The notes under the pieces were generated by a model. It saw nothing but the letters and a program-made list of their open reading frames with translations, ran no database searches and was not told the DNA's origin. From Bifidobacterium breve (GTDB lineage: Bacteria; Actinomycetota; Acidimicrobiia; Acidimicrobiales; Ilumatobacteraceae), in contig CAMAYS010000001.1 in NCBI GenBank assembly GCA_945862545.1, forward strand, positions 34,394 through 98,393: DNA of 64,000 nt, in the 5' to 3' direction. Within the stretch, counting starts at the first letter, position 1. Every line of letters starts with the position of its first letter. Both the position numbers and the translations under genes were made by a program. Shown one piece after another: positions 43,426-53,095 of the stretch.

Positions 43426-44688
43426 TTAGAAGGTGATTTCTCGTTGGGTGGCTAACATCGCCCGATGCTCGGGAGCCGCAATATTGATCAGCCGACGGGA
43501 GCGTTCGGCGTCATTGATATCGCGAAGGTCTGCGACCCCGTGTTCGGTGACCACAAATTGAATATCGGATCGTGCTGTGGAGACGACCTCACAACGATTG
43601 ACGATGTTGGATATGCCGTTGGCGGTGGTTGATCGAACGGCAATAATTGACATGCCGCCGACTGATCGTGAGGCACCAGTACAGAAGTCGGCATGTCCGC
43701 CGAGGGGAGCGATAATACGCCCGCCAATTCTTTCGACATTGACGTCTCCATCTAGCGATACCTGCAAGGCCGTATTGCAACTGACGAAACGTGGCTTAGA
43801 CGACAAGATGGTGAGATCATGTGTTTCAGTGACCGAGACAAGGCGCAACATCTTGCTTTGAGCAAGGTGTAGCAATCCATCTGCGCCCCAGGCGTAGGCC
43901 GCTGTGATGGGACCAGTGAGGAGACCTCTGGTGTTCAATTGAGCCATTGATTCGGTGGCGAGTCCCGACCAGATCGATATCGGTCGCTGAATTGAGGCGG
44001 CGATACCATCGCCAAATCCCCCCGAACCGAACTGCATTGTGGGTTCATCGGGGAGAAGTTCGACGACGCGTTTGCCGATCAAAACATCAATGTCGTCGGG
44101 AGGGCGCGCCGTCACACTTTTGGTCAATCCCGCTGGTGGGCGCGATATGGTGGCGATGATATTGCCCTCGATCAGTGGACCGCCGAGGTCGGGAGATTCA
44201 TTGTCAACCTCAATGACAACTAATCGAGAATGACGGGCGAGAACGTCGTTGGATCCTACGCTCGCTCCGTGTGCGTAGCCAGATCCGCGTGGGACACCAG
44301 AGATGAGAGCGATGTCTGGTGGGTTCGCTTCAATGAAAGGTCCGATGGCCGAAAGTCGCATCGTGAGTGCGACAACGCGACCTTCGTTGATGGGTTTGGT
44401 CAGCGCATACCCAGCTACAAGTGTGGTCCCCTTGAAGTTGGGCTCTTGCAACCAGGAATGTGGTTCGATAGTCCAACCGAGGAAGATCTCATGGGCGGTA
44501 TCGGAAGGATACCCAGCAGCCAATAAAAGTAATTTTGGTGGGGTGCGAGGCGCGCCTGGACCATCAGCGTAGAAAATACGCAATGGTCGATTCATCTTCC
44601 TGGTGCTCTCGGAGTCATGCCCCGTGAAGTATTCATCCGCTGGATTTCCTTCGCTTGGTACGAATAAGACTGTACTGTCGTCTCCCAT
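43426..44688 (-). CDS. acetyl-CoA hydrolase/transferase (4-hydroxybutyrate CoA-transferase-like) family protein
   Basis: 420-aa ORF; an alternative in-frame start is ATG 44595. C-terminal pattern SLDGDVNVERIGGRIIAPLGGHADFCTGASRS...VVTEHGVADLR typical of the family. Confidence 0.7.
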   Translation of the reverse strand: MGDDSTVLFVPSEGNPADEYFTGHDSESTRKMNRPLRIFYADGPGAPRTPPKLLLLAAGYPSDTAHEIFLGWTIEPHSWLQEPNFKGTTLVAGYALTKPINEGRVVALTMRLSAIGPFIEANPPDIALISGVPRGSGYAHGASVGSNDVLARHSRLVVIEVDNESPDLGGPLIEGNIIATISRPPAGLTKSVTARPPDDIDVLIGKRVVELLPDEPTMQFGSGGFGDGIAASIQRPISIWSGLATESMAQLNTRGLLTGPITAAYAWGADGLLHLAQSKMLRLVSVTETHDLTILSSKPRFVSCNTALQVSLDGDVNVERIGGRIIAPLGGHADFCTGASRSVGGMSIIAVRSTTANGISNIVNRCEVVSTARSDIQFVVTEHGVADLRDINDAERSRRLINIAAPEHRAMLATQREITF

Positions 44689-44705
44689 GTACGCGGGATA
44701 CTGCT

Positions 44706-45533
44706 ATGCAACTTGAGGGAACTATTTGTGTTGTAACTGGCGGTGCCAGCGGTATCGGTCGTGCTCTCGCTTTTGAGTTCTCGCGTCGTGGTGCCGCTGG
44801 AGTAGTAATCGCTGATATTGATGGAGAGTTGTGTGCCAAGGTCGCCGAACGCATCGAACCTGTCGTACCAACACTTGCGGTTACCTGTGATGTTGGCGAT
44901 CCGTTAGCAGTTCAGGATCTTGTGGATCGTTCGATGAAACATTTCGGTCGCATTGATGTCTTCTGCTCAAACGCCGGATATTCCGATCCTGTGACATGGG
45001 ACCTTTCTTCTCCGATTGAAGTCTTTGAGAATGTCACGCGAGTTAATTTGATGGCTCATGTATCTGCCGCTCAGGCGGTGCTCCCGAGCATGGTGGAACG
45101 CGGGTCTGGCTACTTACTACAGACGCTCTCATCAGCCGCACTGATTTCTGGTCCAGCTGCTGCGGGCTACACCTTAACGAAATTCGGTGCTTTGGGCTTC
45201 GCCGAGTGGATCGCCATACATTATCGGCAGCATGGGGTTCGCGTTTCGTGCATTTGTCCGAACGCTGTTTATACCGCCATGTTCGGTCGATCAAAGGATC
45301 TTGACACTCCGGTTGTTTTACCAGTGTTAGATGAAATAGGCGAGATGTTATTACCTGAGGATGTGGCGGCGATGGCGGCAGATGTTATGGAAGGCGAGGA
45401 AACATTTCTGATACTTCCACATGATCGTGTTGGTAAATCTTTTCAACGTAAAGCTAATAATTATGACCAATGGATTGAACGTACCGCATCAAGAATCACG
45501 TCCTTGCGCCCTAATGATCCCGGTTTGAGGTGA
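44706..45533 (+). CDS. SDR family oxidoreductase
   Basis: ORF track 44655..45533. ATG 44706 gives MQLEGTICVVTGGASGIGRAL. YTLTKFG. Confidence 0.85.
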   Translation: MQLEGTICVVTGGASGIGRALAFEFSRRGAAGVVIADIDGELCAKVAERIEPVVPTLAVTCDVGDPLAVQDLVDRSMKHFGRIDVFCSNAGYSDPVTWDLSSPIEVFENVTRVNLMAHVSAAQAVLPSMVERGSGYLLQTLSSAALISGPAAAGYTLTKFGALGFAEWIAIHYRQHGVRVSCICPNAVYTAMFGRSKDLDTPVVLPVLDEIGEMLLPEDVAAMAADVMEGEETFLILPHDRVGKSFQRKANNYDQWIERTASRITSLRPNDPGLR

Positions 45534-45537
45534 AACG

Positions 45538-47091
45538 TTGAAAGATTCATTGCACCAAATTCCCCTGATTGGTGAATACCAGAACATGGGTGATGCATTC
45601 GTGGCGGTAGCTCAGCAGTTCCCTGAGGTGCTTGCATATGTTGAGGGTGATCAGCGGATGACTTTTGCTGAGTGGTTTCGACGATCGGACGCGCTGGCTA
45701 CAGATCTCTTATGTGGGGGCCTGCAAGCGGGCGATGTGGTTTCAATACTCCTGCCGTCTTCGATTGATTACGCCGTGATGTTTGGTGCATCTGTACTTGC
45801 GGGCGCTGTGGTGACGGGATTGAATACGCGCCTCGGGGTCAAAGAAGTAGAGGCGATCTTGGGTCAACTTCATTCGCACACAATTGTGGTGGATCCCGAT
45901 TCGTTCAGTTTCCCCGTTGTTGATTTCGCGCAACGAGCGCCGCATCAGCGAATCCTGCTGCGTGCGCACATGAAGACTTCAAGAGGCGGGGAGGAGACTC
46001 AATACCATCGGGTTCTTCGCAAGAGTGATGATCCCGTTGTCATCATCTGGACAAGCGGTACAACTGGGATACCAAAGGGAGCATGGTTTGATCATCGTTC
46101 AATGCTTGCTGCTGTCGCCAGTGCGGGAGTGATGAGCCGTGGCTTCGACGTCAAATTAGTAAGCACACCATTTGCTCACGCGGGTTATATGGCTAAAATG
46201 TGGGATCAAATCGCTTGGGTCACAACGGCGGTGATTAGTCCTCAGCCCTGGTGCGCCGCAGATATGTTGCGTCTCCTGATTGATGAACGGGTGACGGTGG
46301 CCGGAGGTGTACCCACACAATGGGCCAAGCTCTTGCAAGAGCCGGGGATTGATTCTGCAGACCTTTCGCATCTCCGACTGGGTTTGGTTGCGACTGCTCC
46401 GGCATCTCCGGAACTCATTGAGCGGGTTGCAGCAACGATCGGTTGCCCGCTAGTGGTGAGGTACGCGATGACAGAGTCGCCGAGTATCACTGGGACGCAA
46501 CCGCATGATGACCCTCAAGTCCAGACGCGAACGGTGGGTCGAGCGCAGTTTGGGATGTCAGTGCAAGTGATTGATGGGGATGGTCATCAAGTGCCAGTTG
46601 GTTCTGTCGGACGAGTGCGGGTTCGTGGATCTTGTGTTATGCGGGGCTATTGGAATAACCCAACCTTGACAACAGCGTGTCTTGACACAGAAGGTTGGTT
46701 GACTAGTACCGATCTCGGGCGTTTTGATGCATTGGGTAATCTTGTATTAGTTGGACGGACAAACGACATGTACATCAGGGGTGGGTACAACGTGTATCCC
46801 GTGGAAATCGAGAATTTATTGGCTGAGCACCCAGCGGTTGATCGGGCAGCTGTGGTCGGTGTCCCGGCGGCGGTGATCGGTGAAATGGGGGTGGCCTTTG
46901 TCGTGCCCGTTGATTTTCAATCTCCACCGACGCTCAACGATGTGAGGTTTTGGGTTAGTCAGCACCTCGCTGATTACAAGATGCCTGATCGTTTAGAAAT
47001 CGTTAGCGAACTCCCGCTAACTGCCATGATGAAGGTGGACCGTCAGGTCTTAATTGAACTCGCAGAAGGTACCGGGGGGTTTCTCCAATGA
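45538..47091 (+). CDS. AMP-forming acyl-CoA synthetase
   Basis: 517-aa ORF (TTG start). WTSGTTGIPKG, YAMTES, TDLGRFDALGNLVLVGRTNDMYIRGGYNVYP. Confidence 0.85.
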   Translation: MKDSLHQIPLIGEYQNMGDAFVAVAQQFPEVLAYVEGDQRMTFAEWFRRSDALATDLLCGGLQAGDVVSILLPSSIDYAVMFGASVLAGAVVTGLNTRLGVKEVEAILGQLHSHTIVVDPDSFSFPVVDFAQRAPHQRILLRAHMKTSRGGEETQYHRVLRKSDDPVVIIWTSGTTGIPKGAWFDHRSMLAAVASAGVMSRGFDVKLVSTPFAHAGYMAKMWDQIAWVTTAVISPQPWCAADMLRLLIDERVTVAGGVPTQWAKLLQEPGIDSADLSHLRLGLVATAPASPELIERVAATIGCPLVVRYAMTESPSITGTQPHDDPQVQTRTVGRAQFGMSVQVIDGDGHQVPVGSVGRVRVRGSCVMRGYWNNPTLTTACLDTEGWLTSTDLGRFDALGNLVLVGRTNDMYIRGGYNVYPVEIENLLAEHPAVDRAAVVGVPAAVIGEMGVAFVVPVDFQSPPTLNDVRFWVSQHLADYKMPDRLEIVSELPLTAMMKVDRQVLIELAEGTGGFLQ

Positions 47092-47122
47092 ATTGGCACA
47101 ACACCGAGAACGGAATCAGATA

Positions 47123-47527
47123 ATGGCTCACGAGCGCGAACTGCCAGTCGTGGAGGAAGAAACGCGTCCCTATTGGGAGGCGGCCAAACAGGGACGTTTG
47201 TTGATCAAAAAATGCAATGACTGTTCCGAAGTGCACCATTATCCACGACCCTTTTGTCCCACTTGTTGGAGCGAAAATGTGGGATGGTTGGAGACCAGTG
47301 GCCGCGGTGTGCTGTACACCTACTCCGTAGTCTTTAGAAATGATTTAGCGCCTTTTAATGAATGGGGGACCTATGTTCCGGCAATTGTGGAACTTGCCGA
47401 AGGACCCCGTTTGATGACAAACATCATCGACTGCGAGCGAGACAACCTTTTCGTCGGAATGCCTGTTCAGGTGGCTTTTCGTGATCTCAACGAAGAATGG
47501 GCTGCTCCAGTCTTTCGTCCGATCTGA
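47123..47527 (+). CDS. DUF35 protein (rubredoxin-like Zn ribbon + OB-fold), thiolase-partner type
   Basis: ORF track 47054..47527. ATG 47123 avoids overlap with the ligase (MAHERELPVVEEETRPYWEAA...). CNDCSEVHHYPRPFCPTCWS. Confidence 0.8.
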   Translation: MAHERELPVVEEETRPYWEAAKQGRLLIKKCNDCSEVHHYPRPFCPTCWSENVGWLETSGRGVLYTYSVVFRNDLAPFNEWGTYVPAIVELAEGPRLMTNIIDCERDNLFVGMPVQVAFRDLNEEWAAPVFRPI

Positions 47528-47582
47528 CCCCTGACCCCGAACGACTCTGTGAAATAGAAGTAAATTGACGGCTATATTTGGG

Positions 47583-47596
47583 TGACAGTAGTGTCA
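47583..47596. promoter_or_regulatory. motif 1 dyad TGACAGTAGTGTCA
   Basis: Perfect, 32 nt upstream of ATG 47629 (amidohydrolase paralog). Confidence 0.45.
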
Positions 47597-47628
47597 GAAG
47601 TAGCAAGTTGCCGACGATGGGGAGTGTT

Positions 47629-48885
47629 ATGAAGATTGAAGACATGATCATGGTCAGTATTGATGACCATGTGATCGAACCACCGGATGTGTTTGAGAAT
47701 CACATGCCCGAAAAGTACAAGGCCGATGGTCCAAAATTTGTGCGTCTTGAAAATGGGCTAGATCAATGGGTCTTCCAGGGTGAGGTGATGGGTACTACGG
47801 GTCTCGGAGCCGTGGCTTCATGGCCCCGAGATGAATGGAGTTTTGAGCCAGTCGGTCACGCAGAGATGCGTCCCGGTTGTTATGACATTCACGAACGCAT
47901 ACGCGACATGAATGCCAATGGAGTGCTTGCCTCAATCAACTTTCCAACTGCTTCAGGCTTTGCCGGCGCATGGTTAGCGGGCAAACCGGATAAAAAACTT
48001 GGAGCAATCGCGGTATCGGCATACAACGATTGGCAGATTGATGAGATCGCTGGACAGTATCCGGGACGAATAATTCCCATGGGCGTCGTTCCCCTTTGGG
48101 ACACCGATGCGTGTGTGCGTGAACTTGAACGCATCGCTGCTAAGGGATGCACCACTGTTTCATTTCCAGAAACTCCTTATTCCAATGGCTTGCCTGGTTT
48201 TTATGGAGATCACTGGGATTCTGTTTTGGAAGCGGCCGAGCGATTGGGCATTGTTTTGTCAATGCATATTGGTGGAGCATTTGGTTTGATCCAACGTCCC
48301 GAAGGTGCGCATATGGATCAACTGATCGTTTTATCAGCGCAGTTGTCTGGAATCGCGGCCACTGACTTGATCACTAGTGGCACGTTCAAAAAGTTTCCAA
48401 ATCTCAAGATCGCTCTCTCAGAAGGTGGCTTCGGGTGGGTTCCATTTTTGCTTGACCGCATGGATAAGCATATGTGGAACCAGTCATGGACCCATCTTGA
48501 TATTGGGGCCGAGACGGCCACGGAGATTTGGAAGAAGAATTTCTTGGCCTGCTTCATTACTGAGCCAACGACCTTGAGGGTATTAGATCGAATCGGTGTG
48601 GATACGGTCGCTTGGGAATGTGATTACCCGCATTCAGATTCAACCTGGCCGCATTCACCCGAAACTTTGATGAAAGAACTCGTAGCAGCAGATATTTCGG
48701 ATGAAGTTATCAACAAACTCACATGGGAAAACGCGTGTCGCTTTTACAACTGGGATCCGTTTAAAAATACGCCTCGCGAGTTGGCAACGGTGGGCGCGTT
48801 GCGCGCGCTGGCGACTGATGTAGATGTTTCAGAAACTCGCAAGGCTGTTTACCGCGAAAAGTATGCAGTGAAGATGGCTGGCTGA
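47629..48885 (+). CDS. amidohydrolase_2 family protein (paralog of 20399..21685)
   Basis: ORF track 47578..48885. ATG 47629 is preceded by GGGGAG. VSIDDHVIEPP, HERIRDMNANGVLASINFPT, MHIGG, ECDYPHSDSTWPHS. Confidence 0.85.
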   Translation: MKIEDMIMVSIDDHVIEPPDVFENHMPEKYKADGPKFVRLENGLDQWVFQGEVMGTTGLGAVASWPRDEWSFEPVGHAEMRPGCYDIHERIRDMNANGVLASINFPTASGFAGAWLAGKPDKKLGAIAVSAYNDWQIDEIAGQYPGRIIPMGVVPLWDTDACVRELERIAAKGCTTVSFPETPYSNGLPGFYGDHWDSVLEAAERLGIVLSMHIGGAFGLIQRPEGAHMDQLIVLSAQLSGIAATDLITSGTFKKFPNLKIALSEGGFGWVPFLLDRMDKHMWNQSWTHLDIGAETATEIWKKNFLACFITEPTTLRVLDRIGVDTVAWECDYPHSDSTWPHSPETLMKELVAADISDEVINKLTWENACRFYNWDPFKNTPRELATVGALRALATDVDVSETRKAVYREKYAVKMAG

Positions 48886-48887
48886 AC

Positions 48888-49778
48888 TTAGCGCAACCAG
48901 CCGCGCTGACCTAGTTCGGGGTGAAGAACATCAGCATCCCAAAGTAATTGGCCAGTCGTTGTATCGGCTTTCATGAGCGCTACCCGAATCGTTGCTTCAG
49001 CAAAATCTTCGGGGCTCGCCCAATCGGTATTTCCTGCCATGGCGTAAAGATTCCCTGGTGTCATGATTGGCTCCGAAGGCGACAGCACATTGACAGATAT
49101 CGAATGGATCTGCATTTCTTGAGCTACGCACTGGGTGAGATGGTGGAGGGCTGCTTTGTTCCCGCCGTAAGCGATCGGTCCTGGTGTCCCCGCGGCAGCA
49201 TACGGCCCTTCGCCTGGTAGCAGTCCGGCAATTGAACTGATGTTGATGATTGAGCCAGCACGTTGAGCGATCATGTCAGGTAGGACAAGTTGCATCAGCC
49301 GATAAGCCGCGAAAAACCCGACATTCATGTGGCGTTGAACTCCCGAAATCGGAAAATCTACAAATGAACCAAAGGGACCCCGCGGCTTAGATTTCATCGC
49401 TGATGTGCCTGAGTCATTTCGCCCACTGTCACTAGCTTTGGGCGGACGACCAGGAACTGTGATAGCTGCGTTGTTGACCAAGATGTCAATACTTCCGAAG
49501 GCTTCGACGGAGTGCTGATAAGCGAGTTCTACTTCATCAGGATTGCCGAGATCAGCTGGTATTGCCACGGCTCGCCCACCAAAACTCGTAATTTCCGCCA
49601 CTGTTTCGTGAATTGTTCCCGGCAACTTTTCGTTCCACTGGCTTTCACTTCGGGCGACAACTGCCACATTGGCACCCTCTCGAGCAAACGCAATTGCTAT
49701 CGCCTTACCCATGCCACGACTTGCCCCTGTCACTATTGCCACGCGGCCGCTCAGCCGAAGATTTGGATTGTCCATCAT
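48888..49778 (-). CDS. SDR family oxidoreductase
   Basis: ORF track 48888..49841. ATG 49778 follows the stop of the upstream gene (MMDNPNLRLSGRVAIVTGASRGMGKAIA). YGGNKAA. Confidence 0.8.
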   Translation of the reverse strand: MMDNPNLRLSGRVAIVTGASRGMGKAIAIAFAREGANVAVVARSESQWNEKLPGTIHETVAEITSFGGRAVAIPADLGNPDEVELAYQHSVEAFGSIDILVNNAAITVPGRPPKASDSGRNDSGTSAMKSKPRGPFGSFVDFPISGVQRHMNVGFFAAYRLMQLVLPDMIAQRAGSIINISSIAGLLPGEGPYAAAGTPGPIAYGGNKAALHHLTQCVAQEMQIHSISVNVLSPSEPIMTPGNLYAMAGNTDWASPEDFAEATIRVALMKADTTTGQLLWDADVLHPELGQRGWLR

Positions 49779-49788
49779 GAATATCCTT

Positions 49789-50943
49789 TTAGATGCCCAG
49801 AAGCATGGTTCCGTTGGAACAGAACCAACCACCAGTACCACTCACGCAGGCGATCTTGGCGTCAGGAACTTGTATTGCTCCGGCTTGTCCGCGTAGTTGA
49901 CGTGTGGCCTCAACGATTAAAAAGAGTCCGCGCTGACCAGGATGGCAAGCCGACAGTCCACCACCATCTGTATTCGTCGGAAGTGAACCTCCGCGCCGTA
50001 GATGTCCTTCGGCGACGAATGGTCCACCTTCACCCTTCGCACAGAACCCGAGGTCTTCAAGGGTGATCAACAACATGTAGGTGAAAGCGTCATACAGTTG
50101 GCAAATATCAACATCAGCAGGTGTCAGCCCAGCGCGTTGAAAAGCCATTTTGCCAGCAATGGCTGCTGGACCAGTCGTGAAGTCTGCCCACTGGCCCATT
50201 GAGATATGCGAGGTTGATTCGCCTGTCCCGAGAATCCACACTGGCTGATTTTTTAGATCTGGTATTCGATCTTCGGCAACTAAAATGACGGCTGCTGCTC
50301 CATCTGAGCGGATGCAACACTGCAGTTTGGTGAAGGGATCGGCAATCATTGAACCCGATAAAACATCATCGATCGTGATTGGCTGACGTTCAAGCGCTTC
50401 AGGATTCAGTTCAGCATTAAAGCGCGCTGAGACCGCGATTTCAGCGAGCTGCTCAATGGTCGTGCCGTACTCGTGCATATGTCGTCGCGCAGCCATCGCA
50501 TATTTTGAAATCAAAGTATGCCCGTACGGTGCTTCCCACTGCATAGGACCGCGTGCGCCCCAGTCAAGATTGGCAGTTCGGAGGTTATTTTTTAGGTCTG
50601 CGCGTGCCGTCGAACCGTAGGCCAGGATGATGACATCGGCATGGCCGGCGCTGATGGCGTCAGCGGCATGTGCAGCCATGATTTCCCAGGATGATCCTCC
50701 GACTGCGGTGGAATCAACCCAGCGAGGCACGATTCCCAAATACTCAGCGACATCAACAGGCGGCATGGTGCCCAGACCAGTTGATGCAAAACCGTCGATG
50801 TCTTGTGGCTTGAGCCCAGCATCTGCGAGTGCACGGCGACAAGCTTGAGCAATCAGGGCGTAAGGGGTGAGATTGTCAATTTTTCCCACATCAGACAGGG
50901 CCACGCCAGCGATTGCTACGCGTCGACCAGAAGTACGACTCAT
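49789..50943 (-). CDS. thiolase-fold protein lacking the nucleophilic Cys (Ltp2-like, possible retro-aldolase)
   Basis: 384-aa ORF. Where SCP-x thiolases have N-A-C-x-x-G this protein reads STAVGGSSW. The HDCF motif is replaced by LYDAFT. C-terminal NTDGGGLSACHPG. Confidence 0.75.
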   Translation of the reverse strand: MSRTSGRRVAIAGVALSDVGKIDNLTPYALIAQACRRALADAGLKPQDIDGFASTGLGTMPPVDVAEYLGIVPRWVDSTAVGGSSWEIMAAHAADAISAGHADVIILAYGSTARADLKNNLRTANLDWGARGPMQWEAPYGHTLISKYAMAARRHMHEYGTTIEQLAEIAVSARFNAELNPEALERQPITIDDVLSGSMIADPFTKLQCCIRSDGAAAVILVAEDRIPDLKNQPVWILGTGESTSHISMGQWADFTTGPAAIAGKMAFQRAGLTPADVDICQLYDAFTYMLLITLEDLGFCAKGEGGPFVAEGHLRRGGSLPTNTDGGGLSACHPGQRGLFLIVEATRQLRGQAGAIQVPDAKIACVSGTGGWFCSNGTMLLGI

Positions 50944-51088
50944 AGTGCAAACCTAGTTGACGGCGTTAGTGATTGATGCATATCTGTTTTCTCAAGAACG
51001 AAACGCTAAAGAAAGGTCTGCGTGAGCGCCTATGATTCGCAGAGTCAATATCGTTGTTCTGGATCGAATCAATCTTTGAGGAGCCGTT

Positions 51089-51856
51089 ATGGCAGGACGT
51101 TTAGAGGGTCGTATAGCCTTGATCTCGGGGTCGACACGCGGTATTGGTCGTTCGATTGCCGAGTTATTTGCAGCCGAAGGTGCCAAGGTTGCAGTCACGG
51201 GACGCACCGTGGATAAAGGCGAGAAAGTGGTTGCGGGTATTCGTGACCGCGGGGGACAAGCGGAGTTCTTTGCGCTTGATATCTCTCGTGAAGAAAGCGT
51301 CCGTGAGGTGATGGAGGCAGTGGCTGCGCGGTTTGGCGGATTGACAACGCTCATCAACAATGCCGCACCGACATCTGAGGTTGCCAACACTGTGAAGCCG
51401 ATTGTTGAATACACAACCGAAGAGTGGAATTCGATCGTGACCGGCACCTTGACGGGGAATGTCTTTTGGGCCAGCAAATACGCATGGCCATTTCTTCGAG
51501 TTTCCGATGGGGCGGCGATCGTCAATATCTCCTCAGGTCAATCAATGCGAGGCTTCACCGGATTTGGGGCATACGGTGCTGCAAAAGGAGCCATGAATAG
51601 CCTCACGCGCACTCTCGCCGTTGAGGGGGCTCCGCTTGGTATTCGGTGTAACTGCATAATTGTCGGTCGGGTTGTATCTGGTCGGGGTGATTCAGGCGTC
51701 GGAATGGCCGCTGGCAAACCATGGGGAATTGGTCACCCTATGCAGATCGCCTCAACTGCTCTTTTTCTGGCATCCTCGGAGTCAAGCTTCATCAACGGTG
51801 ACCTCATCACGGCTGATGGCGGAGTGATCATGGATGGGGATGTTTATACCCAATGA
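51089..51856 (+). CDS. SDR family oxidoreductase
   Basis: 255-aa ORF. ISGSTRGIGRSIA, NNAAP, YGAAKGA. Confidence 0.85.
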   Translation: MAGRLEGRIALISGSTRGIGRSIAELFAAEGAKVAVTGRTVDKGEKVVAGIRDRGGQAEFFALDISREESVREVMEAVAARFGGLTTLINNAAPTSEVANTVKPIVEYTTEEWNSIVTGTLTGNVFWASKYAWPFLRVSDGAAIVNISSGQSMRGFTGFGAYGAAKGAMNSLTRTLAVEGAPLGIRCNCIIVGRVVSGRGDSGVGMAAGKPWGIGHPMQIASTALFLASSESSFINGDLITADGGVIMDGDVYTQ

Positions 51857-51895
51857 TTTTTCGAAAAGTCGCGATTTGAAATTTGAACTTTTAGG

Positions 51896-51909
51896 TGACA
51901 CTTGTGTCA
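51896..51909. promoter_or_regulatory. motif 1 dyad TGACACTTGTGTCA
   Basis: Perfect, 10 nt upstream of ATG 51920 (thiolase-crotonase operon). Overlaps a -10-like CAGAAT at 51908..51913. Confidence 0.45.
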
Positions 51910-51919
51910 GAATGAAGAA

Positions 51920-53095
51920 ATGACCGAAGCTTTCATCGTTTCCGCTGCCCGCACCCCGATTGGTCGGGCTCACAAAGGTTCTCTGATAGATGTTGATGCC
52001 GCCCAGTTAGCGATGGTTGCTTTGAGTGGGGTGATTGAGCGCTCGGGTGTAGATCCCAAACTTATTGATGACATTGTATTGGCCGAGTCAATGCAAGGTG
52101 GCGGGGTCATAGCACGGTATGTGGCTAATAAACTTGGCCTCACGGATGTTCCTGGCTTGGCCAACAATCGCCATTGTGCTGCCGGCTTGAGTGCGATTCA
52201 GATTGGCGCCGCAAGTATTCGCGCCGGGATGGACACAATCGTCCTTGCTGGTGGAACTGAGAGTATTAGTTCGACTCCGATGCTGATGAAATCGGTTCCG
52301 GCATCTTCTCGTAATCCACAACAGTGGGCACCTGAATCTCATCCTGATTCACCGCAAGCGCCAGCATGGGATATGAGCATCACTGTTGGTGAGAACACGG
52401 CTCGCGAAGCTGGTGTGACACGCCTCCAATCAGACGAGTGGGCATTTCATTCGCATCAAAGGGCATTCGCTGCGGCCTCTAGTGGTCGGTTTGATGATGA
52501 GATTGTGCCCGTGGAAATTAGTGATGGTGAGGGTGGCACCAAGATGTTTCGACGCGATGAGCATCCTCGTGGTGATACAACCATGGAGCGACTAGGTGCA
52601 TTAAAACCCTTACACCCCGAGATCCCCAATGCGACGGTCACCTCTGGCAACTCTTCTGGGCTTAACGACGCGGCTGCTGCAGTCATGATGATGAGTGATC
52701 AAGCCGTTCGTGCGCATGGCATCAAGCCGCTGGCACGAGTGGTTTCATGGGCCTCTGTCGGGATTGACCCTGTGTTGACAGGGTTGGCTCCAACCCGTGC
52801 CATTCCCAAGGCTTTGATGCGCGCTGGCATGGAACTTGGAGATATCGACCTTTTTGAAATCAATGAGGCTTTTTGCTCTATGGCTGTTGCTTCAACGCGC
52901 ATCCTTGGCATTGATCACTCGATTGCTAATGTCAACGGCTCGGGGTGTGGGCTTGGTCATCCGATCGCTGCTACAGGCGCGCGGATGGTGGTGAGCATGA
53001 TCCACGAATTACAAAAGCGCGGTAAAAGTGTTGGTTGTGTTGCTATGTGTGCTGGCGGTGGAATGGGTTCCGCTCTTGTTCTGGAATTGTTATGA
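51920..53095 (+). CDS. acetyl-CoA C-acyltransferase (classical FadA-type thiolase)
   Basis: ORF track 51902..53095. ATG 51920 gives MTEAFIVSAARTPIGRAHKGSL. NRHCAAGLSA (Cys nucleophile), NGSGCGLGHPIAATG, CAGGGMG. Confidence 0.9.
   Translation: MTEAFIVSAARTPIGRAHKGSLIDVDAAQLAMVALSGVIERSGVDPKLIDDIVLAESMQGGGVIARYVANKLGLTDVPGLANNRHCAAGLSAIQIGAASIRAGMDTIVLAGGTESISSTPMLMKSVPASSRNPQQWAPESHPDSPQAPAWDMSITVGENTAREAGVTRLQSDEWAFHSHQRAFAAASSGRFDDEIVPVEISDGEGGTKMFRRDEHPRGDTTMERLGALKPLHPEIPNATVTSGNSSGLNDAAAAVMMMSDQAVRAHGIKPLARVVSWASVGIDPVLTGLAPTRAIPKALMRAGMELGDIDLFEINEAFCSMAVASTRILGIDHSIANVNGSGCGLGHPIAATGARMVVSMIHELQKRGKSVGCVAMCAGGGMGSALVLELL

Noticed and set aside
50992-51525. 177-aa minus-strand ORF
   Set aside because: Overlaps the SDR gene 51089..51856 on the opposite strand. 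The low-complexity Ala/Ser/Thr/Arg composition is typical of antisense frames, it has no motifs, and the SDR frame carries clear TGxxxGIG and YxxxK signatures.
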